A DNA stretch of 64,000 bases, from positions 20,955 through 84,954 of the forward strand of contig CANRCC010000001.1 of the NCBI GenBank assembly GCA_947629025.1, in the 5' to 3' direction. Source of the DNA: an uncultured Bacilli bacterium. Its GTDB lineage: Bacteria > Bacillota_I > Bacilli_A > RF39 > UBA660. Made by a program: the position numbers and the translations under genes. Numbering within the stretch: the first letter of the stretch is position 1; every line of letters starts with the position of its first letter. Of this stretch, positions 1-10,642 are shown one piece after another. The notes below the pieces were generated by a model that worked only from the letters and a program-made list of their open reading frames with translations, was not told the DNA's origin and did not search any database.

Positions 1-1676
1 TACATTGCATCACTTATTTCATCAGCATACATTATAACATGCCCATTAGAATTACGAGCTGCTCTTCCAATTGTCTGAATTAAACTTCTTTCACTTCTTA
101 AGAAACCTTGTTTATCTGCATCTAATATTGCTATAAGTGATACTTCTGGTATATCTATACCTTCTCTAAGTAAATTTACCCCTACAACTACATCATATTT
201 ACCAAGTCTTAGGTCACGAACTATTTCCATTCTTTCTAATGTTTTAATTTCATTATGTAAGAATGCAACTTTTATATCAGCATTTTTTAAATAATTTGTT
301 AATTCTTCACTCATTCTAATTGTTAATGTTGTAACTAATGTTCTTTCATTTTTCTTAATTCTTTCTTGAATTTGTTCTATAAGATCATCTATTTGATTTT
401 CAGATGGTTTAACTTCTACTATTGGATCAAGTAAACCAGTTGGTCTTATTATTTGTTCAACTTTTTGTCCATTTGTTTTTTCTAACTCATAATCTCCTGG
501 TGTTGCCGATACATATATAACTTGATTTATTTTATTTTCAAATTCTTCAAATTTAAGTGGTCTATTATCAAGAGCGCTTGGTAATCTAAATCCATATTCT
601 ACTAATATTGATTTTCTTGCTCTATCACCATTAAACATTGCTCGAACTTGTGGAAGAGTTACATGAGATTCATCGATAACTAAAAGAAAATTTTCTGGAA
701 AGAAATCTATAAGCGTTGTTGGTGTTTCTCCTGCTTTTTTAAACGCTAAATGTCTACTATAATTTTCAATACCCTTACAAAAACCTGTTTCTTCCATCAT
801 CTCTAGATCATAATTTGTTCTTTGTTCTAGTCTTTGAAATTCAAGTAATTTATTATTTGCTTTAAAGTATGCAAGTCTTTCTTTTAATTCTTCTCTAATA
901 TTTTTTATTGCAAGTTTTAATTTTTCTTCACTTGTTACAAAATGTGACGCAGCAAATATTGTAATTGTTTGTTTTTGATTTATTACCGCTCCTGTTGTTG
1001 TATCAAACTCAATTAATTTTTCAACTTCATCACCAAATAAATCTATTCTATATGCAGTACTTCTTGAATAAGCAGGAACAACTTCAATTGTATCTCCCTT
1101 TGTTCTAAATGTACCACGCACTAAATCCATATTATTTCTTTCATATAACATTTCAACTAATTTTTCTAGTATTTCATCTCTATCTATAGTATCACCAACT
1201 TTTAGTGATAATACTTTATTTTCATATTCTTCCTTTTCTCCAAGACCATATATACAAGATACAGAAGCAACTACAATTACATCATCTCTTGATATTAAAG
1301 CAGATGTTGCACTATGTCTAAGTTCATCAATTTCATCATTAATAGATGCATCTTTTTCTATAAATGTATCACTAGAGGGTACATATGCTTCTGGTTGATA
1401 ATAATCATAATAAGAAACAAAATATTCAACTCTATTTTCTGGAAATAATTCTTTGAACTCTGAATAGAGTTGTCCAGCAAGTGTTTTGTTATGGGCAAGT
1501 ACTAATGTTGGCTTATTTACTTTTTGAATTACATTTGCAATAGTAAATGTTTTACCAGTACCAGTTGCACCAAGTAATACTTGATCTCTTTTTCCATCTT
1601 TAATACCTTTAACTAACTCTTCAATTGCCTTTGGTTGATCACCACTAGGCTTATATTTAGACGTTAACTTAAACAT
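1..1676 (-). CDS. uvrB: Excinuclease ABC subunit B (UvrB), C-terminally truncated by window edge
   Basis: Manual minus-strand translation from ATG at 1674-1676 gives [74 protein letters not shown]..., the canonical UvrB N-terminus with Walker A. SD ggagg upstream. Not in the ORF track because the ORF runs off position 1. Confidence 0.9.
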   Translation of the reverse strand, partial: MFKLTSKYKPSGDQPKAIEELVKGIKDGKRDQVLLGATGTGKTFTIANVIQKVNKPTLVLAHNKTLAGQLYSEFKELFPENRVEYFVSYYDYYQPEAYVPSSDTFIEKDASINDEIDELRHSATSALISRDDVIVVASVSCIYGLGEKEEYENKVLSLKVGDTIDRDEILEKLVEMLYERNNMDLVRGTFRTKGDTIEVVPAYSRSTAYRIDLFGDEVEKLIEFDTTTGAVINQKQTITIFAASHFVTSEEKLKLAIKNIREELKERLAYFKANNKLLEFQRLEQRTNYDLEMMEETGFCKGIENYSRHLAFKKAGETPTTLIDFFPENFLLVIDESHVTLPQVRAMFNGDRARKSILVEYGFRLPSALDNRPLKFEEFENKINQVIYVSATPGDYELEKTNGQKVEQIIRPTGLLDPIVEVKPSENQIDDLIEQIQERIKKNERTLVTTLTIRMSEELTNYLKNADIKVAFLHNEIKTLERMEIVRDLRLGKYDVVVGVNLLREGIDIPEVSLIAILDADKQGFLRSERSLIQTIGRAARNSNGHVIMYADEISDAM

Positions 1677-1797
1677 AATTACCTCCTTTAATACATTTAT
1701 TTGCGTATTTATTTTAACATTAATTATATAATAAAACAAGGTAATATTTATTAACCTTGTATATATTATCTATAATCAATATAAGTATAATTATTTT

Positions 1798-2979
1798 TTA
1801 TTTGTAATAACTTGTTCTATCATAGAAATATGAGTAATGAATACCATCAAATGCTGGGAAATTTATATAGTTTCTTGGATTTGTTACATCTGATGTAGAC
1901 ATACAACTATTTAATCCAGGACAAATATTTAAATGTAAATGTGGTCCTGTACTCTTTCCTGTAGAACCCATATATGCAATATTTGTATCTTTTGTAACTA
2001 TATCTCCTTCTGATACATAGATTGATTGTAAATGTCCATATAATGATGAATAATTTTGTCCATTAACTCTATGGTGAATTATTATATATTTACCATATCC
2101 ACCTCTATCAACATAATTAACAGTTACAACTTTTCCATCAGAAATTGGATAGACTTTTCCACCACTTAAGTCACGACATGCTATATCCATACCAGCATGA
2201 GTTCTATAAACCCCTGCCATTGGATCTATTCTAAGTCCAAAATTGCTAGTTATGCATCCTGCAGATAATGGTCTCCAAAACTTTGTTCCAGGTGGAAGTT
2301 GTTCTTTTGCACAAGATGAAATATCCTGATCTTCTGAACATCCTGCTTTTACATAATAATCTATTATTGTTTTTGAATTTTTTACATCTTCTTCTAATGA
2401 TGCATATTCATCATATAATTTTTCTTTTTTTGAACCTAATACAACTAACTTTTCTGATAATTCTGTTTGCAAAGCTTTTAACGATTCTTCTTTTTTATGT
2501 AAATTATCTATATTTTTATTATTTTTATCTATCATTTTATTCATTTCATCAATTAGTTCATCATTATATTTTGATAACTGTTCTGTAACTGAAACTCTAT
2601 ATATGAAATCAGTTATACTTTTTGCTGAAAAAATATATTCTAAATATGTTGATTCACCTTTTGATAATTGAAAAAATTTCATAAGTTCTTTAGTTTGTTT
2701 ATCTTTTTCTAAAATTGAAACATTTAATTTTGATATTTCATTTGTAATAGATTGTATTTCTTTTTCTGCTTGATCAAGTTCAGTATATATACTATTTACT
2801 CTTGTCTGTGCAGCATTTATTTCTGATTCTGTATATTTTATCTCATCATTTTTTGATGAATGTTGTTTTTCTAGTGCATCGTATTCTGCTCTTAATTGTC
2901 CTAATGTTTTAGCGTTGGCATTTATAGGAATTATTAACATTGATAATATAATTAAAATAAATATTTTCTTTATCTTCAT
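1798..2979 (-). CDS. Secreted coiled-coil M23 (LytM) peptidoglycan endopeptidase, probable FtsEX partner (EnvC/PcsB-like)
   Basis: Signal peptide, long coiled-coil N-terminal region, C-terminal M23 motifs intact (HAGMDIA, GGYGKYIIIHH, GPHLHL). Lies immediately downstream of ftsE-ftsX. Confidence 0.75.
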   Translation of the reverse strand: MKIKKIFILIILSMLIIPINANAKTLGQLRAEYDALEKQHSSKNDEIKYTESEINAAQTRVNSIYTELDQAEKEIQSITNEISKLNVSILEKDKQTKELMKFFQLSKGESTYLEYIFSAKSITDFIYRVSVTEQLSKYNDELIDEMNKMIDKNNKNIDNLHKKEESLKALQTELSEKLVVLGSKKEKLYDEYASLEEDVKNSKTIIDYYVKAGCSEDQDISSCAKEQLPPGTKFWRPLSAGCITSNFGLRIDPMAGVYRTHAGMDIACRDLSGGKVYPISDGKVVTVNYVDRGGYGKYIIIHHRVNGQNYSSLYGHLQSIYVSEGDIVTKDTNIAYMGSTGKSTGPHLHLNICPGLNSCMSTSDVTNPRNYINFPAFDGIHYSYFYDRTSYYK

Positions 2980-2981
2980 AG

Positions 2982-3905
2982 TTATATTTTTAAATACTTT
3001 CTTACTGCACTACTACTTCCTATCATACCAACAATTATACCTATTACTACAAGTACTCCAGAAACTTCAAATACAAATGGGAATGGTTTTATTAATCTTA
3101 TAAATTGTGAGAATATTTTACCACCTGTTTTATCATAAAGAGCAACATATCCATATATTGTAACTAAAATTGGAATTATTGAACCAATCAATCCTATTAA
3201 TAAACCTTCTATTACAAATGGTTGTTTAATTGAAAAATTTGATGCTCCAACTAATCTTTTAATTTCTATTTCTTCTTGTCTTGAGAAAATTGTTATCTTT
3301 ATGGTATTAATAATTAAGAATGCCGTTACGACTATTAATGATATAACTATAACTATTAAAATTTTCTCTATTATTTTAAATATAGATATTAATGAGTCAA
3401 TCATTCCTTCTCCATATTTTACCATTTCAACTCCATCTATTTTTTTTATTTGTTCTGCTGTTTTTGATATTTTTTCTGAATCTTTTACCTTAACTAAATA
3501 TGTATCATATAGTGGATTTTCAGAAGCTGACCATGATGACATTATATTATTAAATACTTCTGATTCTTGTTTCATTCTTTCTGCAATATCTGTTTTAGAA
3601 TCAAATGTTATAGATTCTATATTATTCAATTTTTCAATATCAGTTTTTATTTTGGATATTTTATCCTCATCTGAACCACTTTTTATATATGTTACTATTG
3701 TAAAATCATCTCTTATTATTTTTGTAAAGTTTTCTACGTTTAATGAACCTACGATTGCTACTGCAACAAGTACTAATGTTACTGTTATACATGATATAGA
3801 TGCAAAAGATAAACTAAAATTTCTAACTACATTTTTAAATCCATCTCTTATATTTCTAACTAATATTCTAAAATTTTTCATTTTTATCATATGTTCCTTT
3901 CTCAA
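2982..3905 (-). CDS. ftsX: Cell-division ABC permease-like protein FtsX
   Basis: Four-TM topology with large extracellular loop. N-terminal KNFRILVRNIRDGFKNVVRNFSLSFASI resembles FtsX. True start is probably the internal MKNFRIL (about 3881). Confidence 0.8.
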   Translation of the reverse strand: MRKEHMIKMKNFRILVRNIRDGFKNVVRNFSLSFASISCITVTLVLVAVAIVGSLNVENFTKIIRDDFTIVTYIKSGSDEDKISKIKTDIEKLNNIESITFDSKTDIAERMKQESEVFNNIMSSWSASENPLYDTYLVKVKDSEKISKTAEQIKKIDGVEMVKYGEGMIDSLISIFKIIEKILIVIVISLIVVTAFLIINTIKITIFSRQEEIEIKRLVGASNFSIKQPFVIEGLLIGLIGSIIPILVTIYGYVALYDKTGGKIFSQFIRLIKPFPFVFEVSGVLVVIGIIVGMIGSSSAVRKYLKI

Positions 3906-4566
3906 AATCTTTCTTTAATTTACCTTTATCCAAAAGTATAACCCTTTTCTTCATTTTATTAACTACATCTCTATCATGTGTAACAACTATTACAGTAGTT
4001 CCTAAATTATTGATAACTTCTAGAACTTTCATTATTTCAAGTGAAATATCTGGATCTAAGTTACCTGTTGGTTCATCACATATTAATAATTTTGGTGCAT
4101 TTACTATTGCTCTTGCAATCGCAACTCTTTGTTGTTCTCCACCTGATAATTCACTAGGATAACTTTTTACTTTTTCCTTTAAACCTACTAAATCTAATGC
4201 TTTTAATGTCTTAGCTCTTATTTCACTTTTGTCATATCCAAACATTTCAAGAACAAATGCAACATTTTCATACACAGTTAATTTTGGTAAAAGTTTAAAG
4301 TCTTGGAAAACTATTCCTAATTTTCTTCTTAATTTATAAACTTTTCCATTTTTTAGTTTTCCTACATTTACTCCACCAATAATGATTTCTCCTTGAGTTG
4401 CTTTTTCTTCTCTATATAACATTTTTATTAAAGTTGACTTCCCACTACCTGAAGCACCTATTATAAATACAAAGTCTCCTTTTTTTATTTTTAAATTCAA
4501 TCCATACAGAGCAGTAACTCCAGATGGATATGTCTTTTCAACATCTGTAATTTTTATAAATTCCAT
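3868..4566 (-). CDS. ftsE: Cell-division ABC ATPase FtsE
   Basis: Walker A GASGSGKST, ABC signature LSGGEQQRVAIARA, Walker B LLICDEPTGNLD. Overlaps ftsX start. Confidence 0.9.
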   Translation of the reverse strand: MEFIKITDVEKTYPSGVTALYGLNLKIKKGDFVFIIGASGSGKSTLIKMLYREEKATQGEIIIGGVNVGKLKNGKVYKLRRKLGIVFQDFKLLPKLTVYENVAFVLEMFGYDKSEIRAKTLKALDLVGLKEKVKSYPSELSGGEQQRVAIARAIVNAPKLLICDEPTGNLDPDISLEIMKVLEVINNLGTTVIVVTHDRDVVNKMKKRVILLDKGKLKKDFEKGTYDKNEKF

Positions 4567-4586
4567 TACTTCCTACCTCTTTCTTC

Positions 4587-5474
4587 TTATTTATTTCTAT
4601 GATTATCCGCACCATATACTTGATATGAATCAGTTATATTGAAAAATGCATTAGGGTCTATCTGGAGTATACCTTCTTTTGCTCTATAATACTCTGATGT
4701 TGGTATTACTGCCATTATCATCTTTATTTTTTCATTACTAAATCCGCCATGAGCATCTAATATAGTTACACCTCTTGATAAATTTTCTAATATATATTTT
4801 TTCATTTCTTCTTCTTTTGTTGTTACTATATAAAAAGCTTTGTTATTAGAAATTCCAAGTACTACTTTATCTGTTATAATTCCAATTATATATAGTATTA
4901 TTAATGCATATAACATTATTCTCCAACCATATTTATATCCACCAAATAATACGATTATTCCATTAAGTATTAATTGTGCACTACCAAATCCTATTTTTAA
5001 CTTATCAACTAATATATGTACAATTGTATCTGTTCCACCTGTACTAAAACCAGTTTTACTTGTAAGACCTCCTGCTATACCAGATAATACTGCTCCGCAT
5101 ATTACAATTAACATAATATCATCTTTTGGAATCGGTATAGTTACGTTCTCAGTAAGTTTTACAAATAAAGGATATACTATTGAACCTACTACTGAATTTA
5201 GTGCTTTCTTTTTACCCAAAAATATAAAAGCAAGTACTAGGGCTATTAATTGAATAATTAATATTGTTATTGATGGATCTAAATATTTTTGAAATAATAT
5301 TGCTATTCCTCCAGAGCCACCATAAACTAAATTTTGTCTTAAAAAGAACACATTATATGCAAGAGCTGTTAAAAATAATCCAAATATTAATTCAATATAC
5401 CTTTTTAATAAATTTTTATTTTCTACAATTTTAAGTATATCAACTTGTTTTAATCTCTTTTTTAATAATCCCAT
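4587..5474 (-). CDS. YitT-family membrane protein (DUF161 membrane domain + DUF2179 C-terminal domain)
   Basis: Polytopic N-terminal region with GGSGG motif and a soluble C-terminal domain typical of the YitT/YqfU family. Confidence 0.6.
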   Translation of the reverse strand: MGLLKKRLKQVDILKIVENKNLLKRYIELIFGLFLTALAYNVFFLRQNLVYGGSGGIAILFQKYLDPSITILIIQLIALVLAFIFLGKKKALNSVVGSIVYPLFVKLTENVTIPIPKDDIMLIVICGAVLSGIAGGLTSKTGFSTGGTDTIVHILVDKLKIGFGSAQLILNGIIVLFGGYKYGWRIMLYALIILYIIGIITDKVVLGISNNKAFYIVTTKEEEMKKYILENLSRGVTILDAHGGFSNEKIKMIMAVIPTSEYYRAKEGILQIDPNAFFNITDSYQVYGADNHRNK

Positions 5475-5485
5475 ATTTTTCTCCT

Positions 5486-6572
5486 TTATAATTTAAGATA
5501 TTCTTCTATAAAATCATCTATTTCTCCATCTAATACTTTATTTACATTACTTGTTTCATAATTTGTTCTATGATCTTTTACCATTGAATATGGATGCATT
5601 ACATAACTTCGTATTTGTGAACCAAAATTTATATCACTTTGATTTTTCTTTTCTTCTTCTGTTTCTTTTTTTCTTTTTTCTTCTTCTAATGCATAAAGTT
5701 TAGATTTTAATACTTTCATTGCTATCTCTTTATTTTTAAGTTGACTTCTTTCATTTTGACAAGTTACAACAATGTTTGTTGGTATATGAGTTATTCTAAC
5801 CGCACTATCTGTTGTATTAACTCCTTGTCCTCCAGCACCTGTACTTCTATACACGTCTATTCTAATATCTGAATCTTTTATTTCAATATTAATATCATCT
5901 TCAATCTGTGGAGTTACCTCTACGGCTGCGAATGATGTATGTCTTCTATTTGCTGAATCAAATGGTGATAATCTAACTAATCTATGTACACCTTTTTCAC
6001 ATTTTAAATAGCCATAAGCATTTATACCCTTTACAAGTACAATAACTTTTTTTATACCTGCTTCTTCTCCATATAATATATCTAAAATTTCATAAGTAAA
6101 TCCCTTTTTATCACACCATCTTAAATACATTCTTAATAACATTTGTGCCCAGTCACAACTTTCAGTACCACCTGCACCTGAATGAATTTCTAAAATTGCA
6201 TTTTCTTTATCTGTCTTTGATGATAATTTAGTTTCAATTTCAAGACTATTTATCTGTTTTTTTAAATTTTCAATATTACTTGATATTTCACTTATTAAAT
6301 CATTATCTTTTAATTCAATTACTTCTAGATATGATGTAAGAGTTTGATTTAACTTTTCTACATTTGAAATTATCTTTTTATCTTCTGAAATTTTCTTTGA
6401 TAAATCAATACTTTCTTTTGTATTCCACTTATTATCTTTGTACATATCTTGCAAATTATTTTCTAAATTTGATAAATTACTTTTTTTATTATCTACATCA
6501 AAGTAACCTCCAAATATCATTTAATTTTTCTTGCAATAATAATATATCATCTTTTATATTTTTTACATCCAT
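5486..6572 (-). CDS. prfB: Peptide chain release factor 2, translated with programmed +1 ribosomal frameshift
   Basis: ORF-track body (5486..6520) has the GGQ motif and RF2-specific SPF motif. An upstream 24-codon frame starts at ATG 6572 (MDVKNIKDDILLLQEKLNDIWRLL) and ends in CTT TGA; slipping +1 continues DVDNKK... in the main frame. Confidence 0.9.
6498..6511 (-). other. prfB programmed +1 frameshift site (internal SD GGAGG, 3-nt spacer, CUU UGA U)
   Basis: Minus-strand sequence ...tggaggttactttgatg...: GGAGG, then tta, then CTT TGA, matching the conserved RF2 autoregulatory frameshift cassette. Confidence 0.85.
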
Positions 6573-6757
6573 ATTATCACCTTAATAATTATATCATAAT
6601 ATATTAAAAAAAGAAATGGCTTTTATTTCCATTACTATTTTAATAATTAGATTTTTTAGATATAATTTTTTTCACAATAATTATTTTTTGTAATTTTCCA
6701 CTTGATTATATTTTTAAAATAATCTTTAAATATTATTTGAATTAATTTATGAAATTA

Positions 6758-7291
6758 CTATTTTAAATGCAAATATGCTAATTGTTTTATGTCTTTTTCA
6801 TTCAATTCTTTTATATCACAGTTTAATAGTTCATTATAAAATGTAGTTATCGCTTTATAATTATCGCAAGTCATTTCATCTCCTATATTTATGTCAATAA
6901 AATCGGTTGCATTTTTTACTCCATACACATCCTTAGCAACTGATAAAATAATTGTATGATTTTCTTCTTTTAAAGAAAAACTATTTCTACCTTGATAAAA
7001 TTTATCAATTGTTTCAATTTTTTTACCATTCAAATCTATGCATAAACTATGAAATATTTCATACAAATTATTTTTAGTATCATCATCTGTAAAAACAAAA
7101 TCAATAACAGTAAATTCATTATCTGGCTTATCTTTTCCAAAAATACTAAAAGCTCTTAATCCATAATTTGGAAAACCATTATTGTCCATAATAAATATTT
7201 TTATAAATTTTATAATATTATCTTTTTCTTTACTGATGATAAAAAAACCAGGTCCCATGTAAGAATCGTCATAAAATACATAATTTTTCAT
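6758..7291 (-). CDS. Hypothetical cytoplasmic protein (177 aa)
   Basis: Clean ORF with strong SD (gggagg) 7 nt before ATG. No recognisable motifs. Confidence 0.5.
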   Translation of the reverse strand: MKNYVFYDDSYMGPGFFIISKEKDNIIKFIKIFIMDNNGFPNYGLRAFSIFGKDKPDNEFTVIDFVFTDDDTKNNLYEIFHSLCIDLNGKKIETIDKFYQGRNSFSLKEENHTIILSVAKDVYGVKNATDFIDINIGDEMTCDNYKAITTFYNELLNCDIKELNEKDIKQLAYLHLK

Positions 7292-7562
7292 CCTAAAACC
7301 TCCCGAATTTTTATATTAATTATTAAAATCTACTAAATATTAATATAATCTATCTTTATTGTAATATTTGCCACATATCAATTATATTTATTTTTCCATA
7401 AAACTCCTCCAAAAGCAAACAAATATTAAGAAACTTTTTTTTATATTTTTTGTATTTTTAGAAACAAATTGGTGGCATTTTTATCATTTGTATACAAGTT
7501 TATTATATCACTTATAATACTTAATAGTCTATATTAAGTTTTTTTAGATTATATTAAATACT

Positions 7563-7596
7563 TAAAAACATCACCGGGTATATTTGGTGATGTTAT
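7563..7596 (-). terminator. Rho-independent terminator downstream of ABC exporter gene
   Basis: Nine-bp stem aacatcacc/ggtgatgtt around loop gggtatattt, followed on the minus strand by a U5 tract. Confidence 0.6.
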
Positions 7597-7626
7597 GATA
7601 GAAATATTTATTTAATTATTCATTAT

Positions 7627-9345
7627 TTAATGAAGCAACTCTTTATATGTATCACTATTTTTTACTAAATCTTTATGATTTCCTATACAATCAATTTTGC
7701 CATCTTTTAAAACAACAAGATTATCGGCAGCTTTCATTAATTCTTTATTGTGAGTAATAATTATTAAAGTATGATCTGTTTTTAAGTCATCTAATAAATT
7801 TATTATCTTATTAGTTGTACTTGGATCTAAAGAAGAAGTAACCTCATCCAATAATATAATTTCAGAAGTTGTAAGAAGTGCCCTAGCTAAAGATAATAAT
7901 TGTTTTTGTCCACCACTTATATTATAAGCATCTTTTTTTAAAATTGTATTATATCCATCTGGTAATGACATTATAAAGTCATGAATTCCAGCACGTTTAC
8001 AAGCATCAATTTGTCTTTTTTTATTAGAATCTATCAATGATAGATTAGCTCTAATACTCATATCAAAAATAAAAGTTTTTTGATTTACAATACTAATATT
8101 TGAATAATAAACATCTTTTGAATATTCATAAATATTTAATTTATCAATCAATATTTTTCCACTATCTACTTTATACAATCTTAAAAGAAGATTAAATATT
8201 GTAGTTTTACCGGCACCAGTTTGACCGACAATTGCGGTTATTTGATTAGGTTTAGCTACAAAAGAAATATTTTTTAATGTTGTCATTTCACCATATTTAA
8301 AAGATACATTTTTAAATTCAACTAGACCATTAATATCATCATTATTAACTGTTCCATTAAGCTTTAAATCTTTATCTTTATAATTAATTATTTCATTAAT
8401 CCTATATAATGAAACAGACTCTTCTCTAATAGATACATCAAAACTCATTATATCATTAATTGAATCTTTAGCCTTATCATAATAAGAAATTAATAATAGG
8501 AATATTGAAATCTGTAAATTATCTTTAACAATAAGCAAAATTAAAATAATATATAAAACTATTTTACCAAAATCAATAATTAAACTTAATATTGTATTTC
8601 TGGTAAAATAATATTTTCTCTTTAGAAAATAACTTTCTTGCCATTTTTTTCTATATCCATCTAATTTATTATTTAATTTATCTCCAATCCCAAAGCTTTT
8701 AATATCTTTAAGACCTATTAAAATCTGTTGTAATATACCTGTTAATTTATCAGCATAATGGATTTGTTTTTTTAAGTAATATGTATTTTTAGCATTACAT
8801 TTATTAGCAAAATTATAATATATTATATCTATTATAATTACATATATAGCAACAAAAATACTTTGTTTTGCAAAAACAAAATATATAACAAATAATCTTA
8901 TAAATTCAATAGCTAACTCTATTATAAATGAAGGAATTTCAGCAATATTAATAATATCTGTATTTGATGAATTTATAATTTTTCCTGTAGATATCTTTTT
9001 AGAATATTCTTCATCATAATTATATATACTATTTACCAAAGTATTATGAACATCCACATAGGTTTCTTTAAAAAAGTTAGCGTAACACCAATTGGTACAA
9101 TATGATCCTACTTTATTAAATAAATACGTTATTCCTAACATAACAACATAAAAAAGAGACATATAATAAAGTTTATTAGTAAGCTCCTCTACTATTAATG
9201 ATATAAAAAGTGGTACTAACAAACTTATTAATACATTAATTAAATCAATAATTATAAACGTTATTAAATGCTTGTTTTTAAATTTTACTAAAGAAAAATA
9301 ATCTTTTGTAATTTTAATATTTCTTGTAAACATATACTTCACCAA
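7627..9345 (-). CDS. ABC exporter, fused 6-TM permease + ATPase (type I half-transporter)
   Basis: Walker A GQTGAGKTT, signature ISGGQKQLLSLARAL, Walker B ILLDEVTSSLD, N-terminal 6 TM helices. No C39 peptidase domain. Confidence 0.85.
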   Translation of the reverse strand: MVKYMFTRNIKITKDYFSLVKFKNKHLITFIIIDLINVLISLLVPLFISLIVEELTNKLYYMSLFYVVMLGITYLFNKVGSYCTNWCYANFFKETYVDVHNTLVNSIYNYDEEYSKKISTGKIINSSNTDIINIAEIPSFIIELAIEFIRLFVIYFVFAKQSIFVAIYVIIIDIIYYNFANKCNAKNTYYLKKQIHYADKLTGILQQILIGLKDIKSFGIGDKLNNKLDGYRKKWQESYFLKRKYYFTRNTILSLIIDFGKIVLYIILILLIVKDNLQISIFLLLISYYDKAKDSINDIMSFDVSIREESVSLYRINEIINYKDKDLKLNGTVNNDDINGLVEFKNVSFKYGEMTTLKNISFVAKPNQITAIVGQTGAGKTTIFNLLLRLYKVDSGKILIDKLNIYEYSKDVYYSNISIVNQKTFIFDMSIRANLSLIDSNKKRQIDACKRAGIHDFIMSLPDGYNTILKKDAYNISGGQKQLLSLARALLTTSEIILLDEVTSSLDPSTTNKIINLLDDLKTDHTLIIITHNKELMKAADNLVVLKDGKIDCIGNHKDLVKNSDTYKELLH

Positions 9346-9406
9346 TATAAGTATAGAATATCATCAAATATATTTCTTTACATTTTAAATATTAAAATTG
9401 TTAAAA

Positions 9407-10198
9407 TTATTTTATAGGTAAATATATATAACAACAATCATTTTTATATAACTCTATTTTAAAATTACCTTTTACATTATAATTAGTAGAAGGAATCCAT
9501 TGTTCATTTATTCTTTCTTCTAAATCTACTATATCTTTTTGATTTTGTGATATTAACTTAAATATTACATATTCATTTTTCTCTATTACGTATTTTTCTA
9601 AATTTTTATAATCTTTTTCTGAACCTAGGTAATAATGATATACTTCATTATTTGTAGAAAATATTCCGTACATTCCAACTTCCTTAAATTTTTCATAATG
9701 GCCATTTGTCTTGACTCTTTTATATAATTGTCTTATTTTATATAATAAATCCGAATGACTTTTTGCAGTAATATGATAACAATATAAAGATATGGAATTT
9801 AATTTTTTTATTTCATAATCAAAATTATATTCATTTTTCTCATAATCAAAGTTTACTATGGGTATTATTTTATATTTTCCTAAACCTTTTCTACATTCAA
9901 TTGGTGTTATATTAAATTGTTGTTTAAATGCTCTATTGAAAGAAGAGGCAGAATTATATTGATATTTAAAAGCAATATCAATTATTTTTAAATTAGTGTT
10001 TCTTATTTCTTCAAATGCCTTACTCAATCTTCTTTTCTTTATATATTCATGAATTGTCATATTTGTTAAAAACATAAAGATTCTCTCAAGAATAAATATA
10101 TTAGTATTAGTTATTTTACTCAGTTCATTATAATCAATCTCATTATCAAGATTTATCTCAATATATTTAATCATTTTATTTAAATTATCAAAATTCAT
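9407..10198 (-). CDS. AraC-family regulator with C-terminal GyrI-like effector-binding domain (Rob/BmrR-C type)
   Basis: N-terminal AraC HTH (IIDIAFKYQYNSASSFNRAFKQQFNITPIECRK). About 150-aa C-terminal GyrI-like region. Sits 60 bp upstream of the ABC exporter on the same strand (probable operon). Confidence 0.75.
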   Translation of the reverse strand: MNFDNLNKMIKYIEINLDNEIDYNELSKITNTNIFILERIFMFLTNMTIHEYIKKRRLSKAFEEIRNTNLKIIDIAFKYQYNSASSFNRAFKQQFNITPIECRKGLGKYKIIPIVNFDYEKNEYNFDYEIKKLNSISLYCYHITAKSHSDLLYKIRQLYKRVKTNGHYEKFKEVGMYGIFSTNNEVYHYYLGSEKDYKNLEKYVIEKNEYVIFKLISQNQKDIVDLEERINEQWIPSTNYNVKGNFKIELYKNDCCYIYLPIK

Positions 10199-10402
10199 TA
10201 AGCAAAACCTCCTACATTATTTCTTACCATTGCACAAGTTCCTTATAATACACATATTATTTATAGTTTTATTGGTACTAAATGAAAACAAACTACAAAC
10301 ATTATTACCATTTGCTTACATTTTGTTATAAATTAAATTAATTATAATGTAAGATTATAATTTTTTCAAATACCTATGCCTTGCAAACCCTTATAAAGTA
10401 TA

Positions 10403-10579
10403 CTACTTTCCACAGCAATTTTTATATTTTTTGCCACTGCCACAAGTTGAACATATTCCAATATTTATAGTATTTATATTTATAGTATTTATATTTATAG
10501 TATTTATCATATTATTGTTACTTCTTGAAAATATAGTCAATGGAACTGCAATACATATAATATTACGAGTATTATCCAT
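10403..10579 (-). CDS. Small SEC-C-motif protein (58 aa) with internal NTINI x3 repeat, not in ORF track
   Basis: Manual translation: MDNTRNIICIAVPLTIFSRSNNNMINTININTININTINIGICSTCGSGKKYKNCCGK. The C-terminus matches the SecA-tail zinc-binding SEC-C motif (the SecA in this window ends CPCGSGRKYKNCCGK). AGGAAA about 12 nt upstream of ATG. Confidence 0.4.
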   Translation of the reverse strand: MDNTRNIICIAVPLTIFSRSNNNMINTININTININTINIGICSTCGSGKKYKNCCGK

Positions 10580-10642
10580 ATTATCAATATTTCCTAAATG
10601 AGGAATTTACAACATTCGTTTACTATAAAAAATTAATAACAA

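Noticed and set aside
2268-3918. Plus-strand ORFs 2268..2588, 2915..3103, 3301..3918 antisense to the M23 peptidase and ftsX genes
   Set aside because: Low-complexity L/F/I-rich translations fully embedded in well-supported minus-strand genes, with no SD or motifs.
4840-6585. ORFs 4840..5253 (+) and 6364..6585 (+) antisense to YitT-family gene and prfB
   Set aside because: Shadow ORFs of AT-rich coding sequence. The 6364..6585 frame overlaps the prfB frameshift region.
10463-10507. 15-bp tandem repeat tatttatatttatag x3 as an intergenic regulatory repeat
   Set aside because: It lies in-frame within the 58-aa SEC-C ORF and encodes NTINI x3. Kept as a coding repeat instead.
10403-10579. Idea that the SEC-C mini-ORF is a duplicated secA 3' end (insertion scar)
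   Set aside because: Amino-acid motif is shared, but codon choices differ at most positions (e.g. tgt tca act tgt ggc agt vs tgc cca tgt gga agt gga). Not a recent nucleotide duplication.
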